NCBI GenBank assembly: GCA_042584585.1
Contig: JBHOSQ010000004.1
Coordinates: 38,433 to 102,432, forward strand
DNA length: 64,000 nucleotides
DNA from: an archaeon
GTDB lineage: Archaea; B1Sed10-29; WALL01
Reading direction: 5' to 3'
Below are positions 19,652-29,373 of the stretch, piece after piece. Both the position numbers and the translations under genes were made by a program. Below the pieces are notes generated by a model. It did no database searches. It saw only the letters and a list, made by a program, of their open reading frames with translations, and was not told the DNA's origin. How positions within the stretch are numbered: position 1 is the stretch's first letter; each line of letters begins with the position of its first letter.

Positions 19652-21018
19652 AGCATGTGTTCAACCCGGGCAGCATCGCAATGGTCGGAGCCTCGGCCAC
19701 GCCAGGCAAAATCGGGCATGTGATTCTCCAGGGAATAATCAAGGGCTTCGATGGCCCGATTTATCCGGTCAACCCGCACGAAAAAGAAATTCTTGGGCTG
19801 CAGTGCCACCCGAACGTAAGCGCAATCCCGAAAAAGGTTGGGCTCGCCGTAATCGCGGTGCCGGCAAAGCTTGTCCCCCAGGTCATGGCGGACTGCGGCA
19901 AGAAGGGCGTCAAGGCAGCGATAATAATCTCGGGCGGGTTCAGTGAGGTCGGCAAATCCGAGCTCGAGGAAAAAGTGCGGCGCATCGCGGACAAGCACGG
20001 GATATCTGTCATCGGGCCGAACTGCCTCGGCGTTTTCGACTCCGTGACCAAGGTGGACACATTGTTCAACCCGCGCTACAAAATGGAGAGGCCGAGGCCG
20101 GGCGGGATTTCATTCATCACGCAGTCGGGCGCGGTCGGCGCGGTGGTTATGGACTGGGCCGGCGCGGAAGGGTTCGGCGTGAGCAAGTTCATTTCGTACG
20201 GCAACGCACTCAACATTGATGAGGTCGACTTGCTGGACTACCTCGGCAAGGACGATGCCACAAAAGTAATCTGCATGTACCTCGAAGGCACCAAGCGGGG
20301 GAAGGAGTTCATCAAGGCCGCGAAGCGCGTCAGCGCCAAAAAGCCGATTGTTGGGATAAAGGCGGGAAAGACCGAGGCGGGCGCCAAGGCAGTGGCGTCA
20401 CACACCGGCTCGCTCGCCGGCTCCGCCAAGGTGTGGAAGGCCGCGTTCAGCCAGGCGGGAGTTGTCGAGGCGGAAGGAATCGCCGAGATGTTCAACTACG
20501 CGCGTGTGTTCGCGGAACAGCCCCTCCCGAAGGGGGACCGCGTCGGCATCATCACGAACGGCGGTGGGTTTGGCGTGCTTGCGACGGACGCGTGCATAAG
20601 CAACGGGCTCAGGGTGGACCCGCTGTCGAAGGCTACTGCGCAAGCCATTCGGAAGCGCGTGCCGGATTACGCGGTGGTGAAGAACCCGGTGGACTTGGTT
20701 GGTGACGCCGACTTCCACAGGTACGAGGCGGCGCTCGACGCCATGATGAATGACAAGAGCATCGACTCGATACTCTGCATTATTCTGTTCCAGACCGCGG
20801 ACATAAACTCAAACGTGATAAGCGTAATCGCGGAAGCAAGCGACAAACAAAAAAAGCCGGTAATTTGTTGTGCCGCGGGTGGCGCGTACTCGCAGCTGCA
20901 CAGCCAATTGCTTGAGGAGGCGGGCGTCCCGACGTTCAGCAGCCTGCGTGCCGCGGCCGACACTTTGGCTGCAATAACTTATTACGACGAGTTCAAGGAG
21001 TCTATTCTTCGAAAATGA
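19645..21018 (+). CDS. acdA: Acetate--CoA ligase (ADP-forming) alpha subunit
   Basis: IGPNCLG, TQSGA, ASHTGSLAG (phospho-His), NPVDLVGDA. Confidence 0.92.
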   Translation: MLKHVFNPGSIAMVGASATPGKIGHVILQGIIKGFDGPIYPVNPHEKEILGLQCHPNVSAIPKKVGLAVIAVPAKLVPQVMADCGKKGVKAAIIISGGFSEVGKSELEEKVRRIADKHGISVIGPNCLGVFDSVTKVDTLFNPRYKMERPRPGGISFITQSGAVGAVVMDWAGAEGFGVSKFISYGNALNIDEVDLLDYLGKDDATKVICMYLEGTKRGKEFIKAAKRVSAKKPIVGIKAGKTEAGAKAVASHTGSLAGSAKVWKAAFSQAGVVEAEGIAEMFNYARVFAEQPLPKGDRVGIITNGGGFGVLATDACISNGLRVDPLSKATAQAIRKRVPDYAVVKNPVDLVGDADFHRYEAALDAMMNDKSIDSILCIILFQTADINSNVISVIAEASDKQKKPVICCAAGGAYSQLHSQLLEEAGVPTFSSLRAAADTLAAITYYDEFKESILRK

Positions 21019-22180
21019 GGCGGCGGGCCTCGGTTTCTTTTCCCTCGACCAGCAGCGGCAGCAGCTCATTGGCTTTCGGTCCGGAGTATCCCGCCTGCTC
21101 AAGGTTCTTGTCGAGTATTGACAGGCCGATTTCGTCAATGCTTTTTTTTGCCTGTGCCTGGCGGAGCAGCTCTATTTTTTTCCTGAACTGTTCTGCCTCG
21201 GCTGTGCTGTCAACGCTTATTATCAAGTCGCCGAAGCCACGCGTGATGTCACGGGTGTTGATGGAAGAGCCCGGTGGCAAAGAGCCGGTGATTTTCAGCT
21301 TGATGAGCGGCTTTGGGTTGTGCGGTTCCACGTTTTCAAGCAGCTGCCTGGCCTTGGAAATTGTGTCCGATGCTGTGCCGCTTGCTTCGACGTCGAAGCA
21401 GTGCAGCGGGCGCGGGGTCTCAAGCTTTTCTGAAGAAAGGGCTTTTGTTGCGGTGTCGTAGAACCAGACGTGCTTCGGCTGCTCTGCCTCGGCCTTGCGC
21501 ATTTGGGTGATTATGGTGCTGCCGGGGTGGAGTAGGATTTTGCCGTCTTTTTCCTTGACGTCGCTCGTGTGCACGTGGCCGTTTACGTATAGGTCGAATC
21601 CGGGAGGGAGATTATCCATTGACAAAAACGCTGCGTCCTCGTAGATGTATTCCCTGAAGCTCTGGTGCAGCATAAGGATGTTCACTGCGCCTGCAATTGG
21701 TGTAAAGCTGCACTCCTGGAGCGCGGAGGGCGCGTACTGTTCCGGCACGCCACCCATGCCATGGATGGCCACCGCTTCGTTGCCTTTCGAAAGGATTACT
21801 GCGTCGTTGTGGACGTGGATGCAGACACCAGCCCCGTCCATGAGCTCGATTGGGTTGGTGAGCCCGCGGGCGCGCCTCTCGTGCGTTCCGTGGATTGCTA
21901 CGATTGGTGTGCCAACGCCGACGGCGAGGTCTTTTCCCGAGCGAAACGCGGTGACTGCCGCGCCACTGTGCGACGCGCGGGCGATTCCCAGCACGCGCAT
22001 GGCCTGGTCCATGACTTCCGGCTTGGGGACGCGGGAGTCGAAGACGTCTCCAGGCAGAAGGATTACGTCAGCGTCGAGGCACTTGGCAAGGGCTTCCCGG
22101 CCCTGGACAAAGCTGTCATCCTCGCGCTCGGTGCCCCATGCATACCCGAAGTGCAGGTCGCTGGCGATAGCTATCTTCAT
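21002..22180 (-). CDS. mre11: Mre11/SbcD-family DNA repair exonuclease
   Basis: SDLHFG, PGDVFD, IHGTHE, MLHQ, NGHVH, PGST metallophosphoesterase motifs. Confidence 0.85.
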   Translation of the reverse strand: MKIAIASDLHFGYAWGTEREDDSFVQGREALAKCLDADVILLPGDVFDSRVPKPEVMDQAMRVLGIARASHSGAAVTAFRSGKDLAVGVGTPIVAIHGTHERRARGLTNPIELMDGAGVCIHVHNDAVILSKGNEAVAIHGMGGVPEQYAPSALQECSFTPIAGAVNILMLHQSFREYIYEDAAFLSMDNLPPGFDLYVNGHVHTSDVKEKDGKILLHPGSTIITQMRKAEAEQPKHVWFYDTATKALSSEKLETPRPLHCFDVEASGTASDTISKARQLLENVEPHNPKPLIKLKITGSLPPGSSINTRDITRGFGDLIISVDSTAEAEQFRKKIELLRQAQAKKSIDEIGLSILDKNLEQAGYSGPKANELLPLLVEGKETEARRLIFEE

Positions 22181-22206
22181 TGGTAGTGTTAAGGCAAGAA
22201 AGAGTA

Positions 22207-23178
22207 TTAAAGGGTTTTGATGAATTTCCGTGTCTTGGAAACGCATATGGCAAGCGCTTCGTCAAGGGCTTCTGGGTTTACTCCGTTTGCGCCGGCCGCC
22301 CCTGCATGCCCCCCGGCGTCGCCGCCGATTAGCTCGGCGATTGCGGGAAGGATGTCCCGCCCCAAGTGAAGGCCTTTTCCGACTAGGTCATTTGTCGCCC
22401 TTGCGCTTATGCGGGCCTCGCCGTCCTTGGCCGCGGCGACGAACGATACGTCCGCGCCGATGCGGATTAACGAGCGTGCCACACTGCCCTCGAACGAGCT
22501 GACTTTGCTGGTGACGATTAAATGGCTGTCCTCACGCGTGACTTCCAGGCGCTGCGCGCCCTTGAGCCGCGCTATTTTTTCCGGCTGCTCGCGCGGGGCC
22601 GCGATGAGCTTCAGCACTTCCTGGAACGATGTTTTGGTTTCGGTGAGCGACTCGGAAAGCACGTGAAAGGCTCGGGGTGTCGCTGCGATGAAGTTCGCGG
22701 AGTCGGTGACTATGCCTGCGCACACGGCGAGGGCTATCTCTTTGGTGATGGGCTCGCCCATCCCATGGAGGAGCGAGTAAACGATTTGTGTGCCAGAGAC
22801 CGCGGACTCGTCGACTATGCACTCGTCGAATTCTTTCATGACCTCTGGTTTTGGGGAGTGGTGGTCTATCAGCAGCTTTTTGCCGTTCGCTGCCTTCACT
22901 GAGTCTAGGTCGAAGAGGGTGGGGGAGTTGGTGTCAAGGACAATTATGCAGTCCACAGAAAAATCTGGGTCCTTGACCTCCAGTCCAAAACGGCCCGCAA
23001 ACTCTGCGATTTGCCCGTTGACTGCGCCGGCGGCAGAAATAGTTGTTTGTTTGCCTTTGCTCTTCAGCGCGAGGGCGAGCGCGACTGCTGACGCGATGCT
23101 GTCTATATCAGGGGAGCGATGCGCCAGCAAGAGAAAGGAGTTGGATTCCTCGATGATGGCGGCTGCTTTTTCACTCAT
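22207..23178 (-). CDS. DHH/DHHA1 phosphoesterase
   Basis: HRSPDID, LDT, IDHH, GIVTDS, AGGHAGAAG. Confidence 0.88.
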   Translation of the reverse strand: MSEKAAAIIEESNSFLLLAHRSPDIDSIASAVALALALKSKGKQTTISAAGAVNGQIAEFAGRFGLEVKDPDFSVDCIIVLDTNSPTLFDLDSVKAANGKKLLIDHHSPKPEVMKEFDECIVDESAVSGTQIVYSLLHGMGEPITKEIALAVCAGIVTDSANFIAATPRAFHVLSESLTETKTSFQEVLKLIAAPREQPEKIARLKGAQRLEVTREDSHLIVTSKVSSFEGSVARSLIRIGADVSFVAAAKDGEARISARATNDLVGKGLHLGRDILPAIAELIGGDAGGHAGAAGANGVNPEALDEALAICVSKTRKFIKTL

Positions 23179-23494
23179 CCTTTTCAGACTCGCGAAGCTT
23201 CTTCTGTAGCTCCTCGAGGCGCTTCTTGATCTTTTCTTCTTGTGGGCCGAGCTTCTCGAGGCCTTCTTCTGCCTCTTTTTTCTGGTCATCGAGGCGCTTT
23301 TTGACGTCATCCTTGGTGCTCTCGATGAGCACGGCGCCGGTGGCAAAGTAGACCTTGCCCTTGGCTGCGTCAAGCTCTTTGAGAGTGTTCTGGATTTCTG
23401 CGTTCCTTGCCTCGAGGGACTGTTTCTGCATCACTACCATTTGGTACTGCTGGCTGTAAGCCCGGAATTCCTGCATTTCTTCTTCGGTTGGCAT
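23171..23494 (-). CDS. pfdB: Prefoldin beta subunit
   Basis: Coiled coils flanking the VYFATGAVLIE hairpin; superoperon position. Confidence 0.85.
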   Translation of the reverse strand: MPTEEEMQEFRAYSQQYQMVVMQKQSLEARNAEIQNTLKELDAAKGKVYFATGAVLIESTKDDVKKRLDDQKKEAEEGLEKLGPQEEKIKKRLEELQKKLRESEKDE

Positions 23495-23501
23495 TCTTTG
23501 T

Positions 23502-23723
23502 TCACCTCATTATTGACAGGCACGCGTCCAACAGCCGAAGGCTGCTGTTCGCAGACGCGCGTAGCGCGACTTTGTCGCTGCCGTGAATGTCTATTCTGAT
23601 TTTTCCGTTGGTTGCCTCGGAGGAAAACGTCCCCCGCTTTGGCTTGGAGTCTGCGGTGAGTGCTTTTGCGATGGCGTCAGCCTTTTTTTGGTCGGCGACG
23701 TCCACCTCGATTTCTAGGTTCAT
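23502..23723 (-). CDS. pcc1: KEOPS complex subunit Pcc1
   Basis: 73 aa with ALRASANSSLRLL; superoperon position. Confidence 0.85.
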   Translation of the reverse strand: MNLEIEVDVADQKKADAIAKALTADSKPKRGTFSSEATNGKIRIDIHGSDKVALRASANSSLRLLDACLSIMR

Positions 23724-24177
23724 GCTTTTCTGTCCTTATTGAAAGCCGCGGCCCGACTTCTTCCCCGTTTTGGAGGAAGGTGACCGCGTCTTTTTTTGCG
23801 GTGAGCATTGTGTCGCTTTCCTCGGCCTCGACGCCGAGTAATTTGGCGAACCCGATTTCGTCGTCAAGCCGTAGCGCGTCCGGCTTTTTGCATCGGCCGA
23901 AGTCCCGCGCGAGCTTCACGGACTTCAAGGGGATTTGTTTCCCCCATTCCCAGCCGGCGTCGTCTACGCTTAGGAAGCGTATGGACGCTGGGTTGCCGTG
24001 CATCTCCGTGATGACTGCCACGATGGGAAAGCCCATTTGGCGGGCTTTTTCAGCGACTTCGTCGACTGATTGCTTGCCCCTCGCCATGGCGTCTGAGCCG
24101 GGAACCATTCGCACGAGTTCTTTCACGAGCGAACGGACCCTTGCGCAGGGCTTGCGTGAAGTCGTGAACAGTGGCAT
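23677..24177 (-). CDS. Brix/Imp4-domain ribosome biogenesis protein
   Basis: TTSRKP, RGK, HGNP and VGPRL motifs. Confidence 0.8.
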   Translation of the reverse strand: MPLFTTSRKPCARVRSLVKELVRMVPGSDAMARGKQSVDEVAEKARQMGFPIVAVITEMHGNPASIRFLSVDDAGWEWGKQIPLKSVKLARDFGRCKKPDALRLDDEIGFAKLLGVEAEESDTMLTAKKDAVTFLQNGEEVGPRLSIRTEKHEPRNRGGRRRPKKG

Positions 24178-24306
24178 TTAATCTGCCTGCACTTGCTTCG
24201 CGAGTGGGGGGCGCTCCTTGGTTATAATCTTGTGGCCGCAGTAGGGGCACGTGACAAACTTTTCGATGTCGTCAATCTTTTTTCCGCAGTTCTGGCAGTT
24301 GTACAC
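24178..24306 (-). CDS. rpoP: RNA polymerase subunit P (Rpo12)
   Basis: Not in the ORF track. Manual translation gives VYNCQNCGKKIDDIEKFVTCPYCGHKIITKERPPLAKQVQAD*. Confidence 0.92.
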   Translation of the reverse strand: MYNCQNCGKKIDDIEKFVTCPYCGHKIITKERPPLAKQVQAD

Positions 24307-24828
24307 TTACTTCGCCTCCTCTTCTTCGACTGGAGCATCTTCTTTCCCAGAAGAACTAGAGGGGTCGCCAGTTGGCGACCCCTCTGTTGGAGTGTCCTGC
24401 TCTTCGGCTGGAGATTCTTCTGCTGCTTCAGCCTTTGGCGCCTTTGCCTTCTTTGCTTTCTTCGGCTTCTTCGATGCGGGCTTTGCCTTGGCTTTTTCCT
24501 TTTCTTCGTCTGCCTTGTCCTCTACATCGATTGCGGCGATGAGTTCTTCCTTGGTCGCGCCCTGGACCGCCCTCAGGCTGATTTTGCCGAGCCCGGTCTG
24601 TGGGACGTAAGCGCCGCCTGCCAGTTTAGTCTTGCACTTCGTGCACTGCCAGATGCCGTTGGAAACCCGCTTGAGCGAAAGCTTCCCGCACTGGGGGCAG
24701 TCGTGCTTGGCTTTGGACTTTACCTCTACCTTGCGCACGTTTTCACGGATTTTTCTTCCGTATCGTGAGCCGAACCTTCCGGCGACCCCGACTTTCTTCG
24801 TTTTCTTAGACTTTTTCTTTTGAACCAC
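24307..24828 (-). CDS. rpl37ae: 50S ribosomal protein L37Ae (eL43) with long low-complexity C-terminal extension
   Basis: GRFGSRYG, CPQC, GIWQCTKC, AGGAY, then a K/A/E-rich tail. Confidence 0.92.
   Translation of the reverse strand: MVQKKKSKKTKKVGVAGRFGSRYGRKIRENVRKVEVKSKAKHDCPQCGKLSLKRVSNGIWQCTKCKTKLAGGAYVPQTGLGKISLRAVQGATKEELIAAIDVEDKADEEKEKAKAKPASKKPKKAKKAKAPKAEAAEESPAEEQDTPTEGSPTGDPSSSSGKEDAPVEEEEAK
24358..24385. repeat. REP-like palindrome copy 2, inside the rpl37ae coding sequence
   Basis: AGAGGGGTCGCCA-GT-TGGCGACCCCTCT, near-identical to the copy at 47583. Confidence 0.85.
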
Positions 24829-24838
24829 TTAAACCGCC

Positions 24839-25621
24839 TCACAACAGTTTTCTTAGTTCTTTCCCTTTCTTGAAGGAGAGGTCAATCAAGTCGTCGACTT
24901 CCTTCAGTGTGAAGGCACCTGTGCCACCCTTTTGCATGGCGCAGATGGTCTTGTCGAGGGTTGAAACCGTGAGCCTGGCGTCAAGCGCCATCTCTTCCGC
25001 AAGAGTTGGGTCAAGCATAATCGAGTCGCCGATTTTCACGGACGTGCACTCGATTGGCTTCTTGGTGACGGGCAGCTTGCCCGCGGTTTCCTCGCGGATT
25101 ACTTTGCCGTCCTCGTACTTCGGCATCTTCGCGTCAAGCAGCGCGGAAATCGCTGCCAGCGAGAACGCGTCGAACAGGTTGCCGTCGTAGTCAAGCGCGT
25201 GAAGGTCAACGATGACCATCCACACTGCCTCTTCCGGCGTGATACAAAGCTTCTCGAAGTCAATTGTCCCCGACTCGCGGATTCCGCGGTCGACAACCCT
25301 TGCGAGCTCGACTGCGTTCGGCCGCGGGGGGCCTGACTCGAAGAGTGGCGACGCCATGGGCGTCAATTCCACGCTGGTCATCAGTGTTCCGGCAGCGGGC
25401 TTGTCAGGGTACGGAGTGCCCATTACCAGGCTTACGCCTGCAAGCACCTTGGTGTCCCCGATTGTGACTAGCGCCGAGCCCGGTGAGTTGGGCACGTAGT
25501 TCTTCTCGAGCTTGATTTTGCGGTACTCGTCGTTCTTGCGCTTGTCTTCACGCACGCCCTTCTTCGCGAGGGAGCGGGTGTAGTCTGTCTTGACTTCCCA
25601 TGACACGTCTATGATACTCAT
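24839..25621 (-). CDS. rrp42: Exosome complex component Rrp42
   Basis: [38 protein letters not shown]. Confidence 0.93.
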   Translation of the reverse strand: MSIIDVSWEVKTDYTRSLAKKGVREDKRKNDEYRKIKLEKNYVPNSPGSALVTIGDTKVLAGVSLVMGTPYPDKPAAGTLMTSVELTPMASPLFESGPPRPNAVELARVVDRGIRESGTIDFEKLCITPEEAVWMVIVDLHALDYDGNLFDAFSLAAISALLDAKMPKYEDGKVIREETAGKLPVTKKPIECTSVKIGDSIMLDPTLAEEMALDARLTVSTLDKTICAMQKGGTGAFTLKEVDDLIDLSFKKGKELRKLL

Positions 25622-26349
25622 TTCGAGCCACCTCCTTCTTTGAAGGACGCTGTTAACGCTTTCTTCTGAAGCACGTAAATTTCCTTGGCTGCCTTGATTG
25701 ACATTTCGGCTGCCTTGTGGAATTCTTCCTTGGTCAAGTCGCCGTCCATCTGCAGCAGCACGATTTCGTCTGTGCGCGGCAGGATGGCGATTGGCACGTC
25801 GGCCTGGCCGAAGTTGTCCTCTTTTTTGCCGAGGTCGAGCACGACAGTGTTGTCGATTTTTCCTGCGGCACACGAGACCACGAGGTCACGCATGGGCAGC
25901 CCGGCGTCGGCAAGCGCGACGCTTGCCGCGGTCAATGCCGCACAGCGCGTTCCCGCGTCTGCCTGGAGCACTTCCACGAACACGTTAATCATTGTGTTGG
26001 GGAAGTTTTCGACTAGCACAACTTTTTCGAGTGCTTCGGCCGAAATCTTGCTGATTTCAGTGGACCTCCGGTCCGGGCCTGGGCGCTTCCGGTCGTCGAC
26101 CGAGAAGGGCGCCATGTTGTAGCGGTATGTGAGGTACGCTTTGTAGGGGTTTGACTTGTGCCTCGGGAGGCACTCGCGCGGGCCGTAGACGCCTGCCATT
26201 ACCTTGTTTCCACCCCATTCGAGATATGCGGAGCCGTCTGCTTCCTTGAGCACTCCCGCCTTTATCACTATCTTCCTTAGTTCGTCTGTCTTTCTTCCGT
26301 CCAGACGCTTTCCGTTTTTGATAAGCTTCAAATCACTTTTCATTCCCAT
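25618..26349 (-). CDS. rrp41: Exosome complex exonuclease Rrp41
   Basis: [32 protein letters not shown]. Confidence 0.95.
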   Translation of the reverse strand: MGMKSDLKLIKNGKRLDGRKTDELRKIVIKAGVLKEADGSAYLEWGGNKVMAGVYGPRECLPRHKSNPYKAYLTYRYNMAPFSVDDRKRPGPDRRSTEISKISAEALEKVVLVENFPNTMINVFVEVLQADAGTRCAALTAASVALADAGLPMRDLVVSCAAGKIDNTVVLDLGKKEDNFGQADVPIAILPRTDEIVLLQMDGDLTKEEFHKAAEMSIKAAKEIYVLQKKALTASFKEGGGSK

Positions 26350-26965
26350 CTTTTCCACCTGTCTCCAATAATTTCTTTATTCGGTCTGTAAGACCTTTAG
26401 TGTGAGCCTCGCGCTCAATCAAGCGGATGGCTTGTTCGGCACGGTTGATGTTTTCGTCAGTGCCTTTGATGTAGATTCGCCCGTTGCGGCCGACGAAAAT
26501 GGTGCAGTCGCTTCCGTTGGCGAGAATGTCAATCATCGACGCCTTCTTTCCCACTATGCGTGGGATTTTTACGGGGGAAACCTCAATCATTTTTCCGCCG
26601 TACAATGGCTTCGCGAAGTCCAAGTCAACTTTGTTGATTTCGTTGACGTGCTGGATTTCCATCATGAGCAAGTCGCCGGCATGGTACTTGGTGTCGCGGA
26701 AAAAAACCAGGTAGCCGGTGTACGCCGAGTTAATGTTCACGAAGCATCCCCTGCCCCTGATTTGCTCGACTACGCCAATGACTTGGTCTCCCTCGCGTGG
26801 AATGTACTTGCCGCTAAGTGGCACTACTTTTGCAAAGTCCCCACTCTCTTGCACGAACCCCAGGACCGAGGCATAAATGTCGTTTCCACGCCGGAATGCG
26901 CCGTGTCCTGCTTTTAGTCCTTTCCCGTCAGCGATTTTCTCGCCGGGAATTACAACTTCCCGCAT
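26333..26965 (-). CDS. rrp4: Exosome RNA-binding cap Rrp4
   Basis: [19 protein letters not shown]-like [18 protein letters not shown]. Confidence 0.92.
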   Translation of the reverse strand: MREVVIPGEKIADGKGLKAGHGAFRRGNDIYASVLGFVQESGDFAKVVPLSGKYIPREGDQVIGVVEQIRGRGCFVNINSAYTGYLVFFRDTKYHAGDLLMMEIQHVNEINKVDLDFAKPLYGGKMIEVSPVKIPRIVGKKASMIDILANGSDCTIFVGRNGRIYIKGTDENINRAEQAIRLIEREAHTKGLTDRIKKLLETGGKDGNEK

Positions 26966-26991
26966 TTCTATCTCTTCCTTTCCAACAAAAC

Positions 26992-27687
26992 CTAGATTGT
27001 TTCTAACAGCTTGGTTTCGACCGCGCCGTGGGTTGATGAATTAAGTTTATCATAAACGTCTGATTGGGCTCCCGCAGCCATTTCGACGACTGTGACGAGA
27101 GAGCCATCGTTCTTCCACTCCTCTTTAATCTTTTTGAGGTCGTGCAGGAGTCCGTACACCTTTCCGGTGTACTGCGGTGGCACGCGTATTTCGACGCGGA
27201 CCGACGCGAACTTGATTGGGAGCACTGGCCTGAGCTTGTCGATGACTTCGTCGACCTGCCTCGACGCGCTCTTGAACGGGTCAATGTGCACGTTTACTTC
27301 TTCCATCGCCGCCTCAATCCTCGCGGGCGGGTGGGGCAGTTTGTTCCGTGGGTCAATCGCGTTCTGGGCGATTGTGTTCACGATTTTCTTTTTCTTTGCC
27401 TTGACGATTTCCTTGCGCTGTTCCGTCGTTATTTGGATTTCGCCTTTCTTGATTATTCTTTTCGCGACTTCGTTGAATTCGGTGGTGCCGAACGATTCCT
27501 TCAGGGCTTCTTCGCTGGCCTTTTCCGCTTTGGACGCGTCTTTGTAGACCTCATCGGAAGCAATCCAATCAGCTACGGGAATTTCTTTTTCCTTGGCCTC
27601 GGCTGCCTTCTCGGGGTCCACCAGTATCTCGAAGTGGTGCCCGTGGCTTGTGAGCCTTGCGATGACAGCGTCGTCAAGCGAAATCAT
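26992..27687 (-). CDS. Ribosome maturation factor SBDS/SDO1
   Basis: FEILVDP, GEIQITTEQR, PHPPARIE. Confidence 0.93.
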   Translation of the reverse strand: MISLDDAVIARLTSHGHHFEILVDPEKAAEAKEKEIPVADWIASDEVYKDASKAEKASEEALKESFGTTEFNEVAKRIIKKGEIQITTEQRKEIVKAKKKKIVNTIAQNAIDPRNKLPHPPARIEAAMEEVNVHIDPFKSASRQVDEVIDKLRPVLPIKFASVRVEIRVPPQYTGKVYGLLHDLKKIKEEWKNDGSLVTVVEMAAGAQSDVYDKLNSSTHGAVETKLLETI

Positions 27688-28403
27688 TTTGCTTTCCCCT
27701 TAAGGGCCTTCTTCACGTCTTCCTGCGTCATCTTGGTGTACTTGCGGTCCGACGTGGACACGTACGAAATCGAAACGGTCTCGGCCGACGCGGTTTTGTC
27801 GCCGACTTTTTTCAGTACCTTGAGCGCGAGCACCACGGCTTCATCGCGTGTTGCCTTTTGGTCGTACTCTTTTTCGAACACTGCCTCGACGTCCTTCTTG
27901 CCGGAGCCGATTGCCACGGCATAAACTTCGCTGAACGCGCCGCTTGGGTCTGTCTCGAAAAGCTTTGCCCCCGAGTCGTCGATACCCATTATCAGTAGTG
28001 ATGTGCCGAACGGCCTGGTGCCGCCGTACTGCGTGTACATTTGCTTTAGGTCGCACACGCCTTTCGTGATTGCCTCGACACGCACCGGCTCGTTGTACGC
28101 GACTTTTTCGCGCTGCGCCTCGACACGCGCGTAATGGATTATGCGCCTTGCGTCCGCGACTAGCCCGGAAGTGGCTGCGCCGATGTGGTCATCTATCTTG
28201 AATATTTTTTCGATTGACTCGCTTTTGACCAAACGGGTCTTAAGGCTCTTGTCCGTCGCCAGCAACACGCCGTCGCCGTAAACAATGCCAACCGCAGTCG
28301 TGCCGCGCTTGACTGCCTCTCGGGCGTACTCTACCTGGAACAAACGTCCATCAGGTGAGAATACAGTAATCGCTCTATCGTATGCTGAAGAAGCCGGATA
28401 CAT
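27684..28403 (-). CDS. psmA: Proteasome alpha subunit
   Basis: YDRAITVFSPDGRLFQVEYA; GAGGTG SD upstream. Confidence 0.96.
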   Translation of the reverse strand: MYPASSAYDRAITVFSPDGRLFQVEYAREAVKRGTTAVGIVYGDGVLLATDKSLKTRLVKSESIEKIFKIDDHIGAATSGLVADARRIIHYARVEAQREKVAYNEPVRVEAITKGVCDLKQMYTQYGGTRPFGTSLLIMGIDDSGAKLFETDPSGAFSEVYAVAIGSGKKDVEAVFEKEYDQKATRDEAVVLALKVLKKVGDKTASAETVSISYVSTSDRKYTKMTQEDVKKALKGKAK

Positions 28404-28464
28404 TAGCAAAACACCTCATTTTTCTCGTTTCTCTTGATTCGGCGTATATTACAATTCAAGCCCT

Positions 28465-28788
28465 TTAAAAACCTTTGGCTTTGCGGATTGTCTTTAGGGT
28501 GCCAGACACGCTTAAAACCGTGATTCTCGCCTTTTCGCCGCCCACGCGGTCAACGAAAGCCAAAGCGACCAAAACGTTGTCAAGCCAGTCGTGGGTGCAC
28601 CTGCAAATGCCTTTTCCGCGGGAATACTCGATTATCGAGAAATTGGCTTTTGCGTAGCCGTCCTCGCCGAACAAAGAAAGCACAGAATTGCTGACTGCCT
28701 GGGAAACGTCCTTCTCGACAGTGGGGCCATAGACCTTGAACTCGATGTACCTGCGCTTCTCTCGCAGCGTCGGGGGAAACGGCTTCAT
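28465..28788 (-). CDS. rnp2: RNase P protein component 2 (Pop5/Rpp14)
   Basis: PPTLREKRRYI...VSGTLK. Confidence 0.9.
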   Translation of the reverse strand: MKPFPPTLREKRRYIEFKVYGPTVEKDVSQAVSNSVLSLFGEDGYAKANFSIIEYSRGKGICRCTHDWLDNVLVALAFVDRVGGEKARITVLSVSGTLKTIRKAKGF

Positions 28789-29243
28789 TTAGTGGCCTCC
28801 ATCACGTATTCGGGTGCCTTGCTGATGGCCCACTTTGCCTGCTGCCGAGTGAGCCCCAGAAAAACGCCGAAAGCGATTAATTGCTCGGGGCTGCGGAGCT
28901 CGTGGTCGTTTTCCGCGCCCGTCGAGAGAATGACGCGGTTCTTTTTCTTGAGGCAGATTTGGATTAGCTTTCTGTAGGCCACGATGAGGCGGATTCGCTT
29001 GAACTTGCCTGCAACGAGGAACTGGCGGAAAGTGATTGCGACTGCGATGTCGTTGTCTTTCGCGACTTGGAGGGTCGCGGTGTCAATCGTCATTTTGCCG
29101 CTGTCCAGTGGGTCCAGCAGGACTTGGGTGCGGGAGCGGGCGATTTTTTTGTTGTCTTCCTCGCTGCCGCCTTTCTTGAATTTCACGGGCTTCGCTGGCG
29201 AAAACCCTTCTGCCTTCTTGCTGGCGAACAAGTCGTAATACAC
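28785..29243 (-). CDS. rnp3: RNase P protein component 3 (Rpp30), short form
   Basis: AKDNDIAVAI, ILSTGA...ELRSP; next to pop5. GTG start inferred. Confidence 0.75.
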   Translation of the reverse strand: MYYDLFASKKAEGFSPAKPVKFKKGGSEEDNKKIARSRTQVLLDPLDSGKMTIDTATLQVAKDNDIAVAITFRQFLVAGKFKRIRLIVAYRKLIQICLKKKNRVILSTGAENDHELRSPEQLIAFGVFLGLTRQQAKWAISKAPEYVMEATK

Positions 29244-29283
29244 GCGTTTTAATGGGCAAAGGGGGCAATATAAAGGGATACGC

Positions 29284-29290
29284 TTATAAA
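29284..29290 (+). promoter_or_regulatory. TATA box of the rpl15e operon
   Basis: TTATAAA about 20-25 nt before the structured leader. Confidence 0.6.
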
Positions 29291-29309
29291 GCCCCGCACG
29301 CAAAACATG

Positions 29310-29369
29310 GGTTACTCGCTTAGAGTGCCGTGAATGTGGGCGCGATGCCTGAACGCGGAGGAAGTGACC
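29310..29369 (+). ncRNA. Structured 5' leader of rpl15e (candidate eL15 autoregulatory r-leader)
   Basis: Closing stem GGTTACT/AGTGACC, inner hairpins CGCT-TAG-AGTG and GGC-GCGAT-GCC, adjacent to the GGAGG SD-like site. Confidence 0.55.
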
Positions 29370-29373
29370 AATC

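Noticed and set aside
22207-23373. Long N-terminal extensions in track ORFs (DHH, Rrp42, TruD, NMD3, S27e, Rpp30)
   Set aside because: They overlap upstream genes in another frame, and internal starts with SD or stop-overlap fit the families better.
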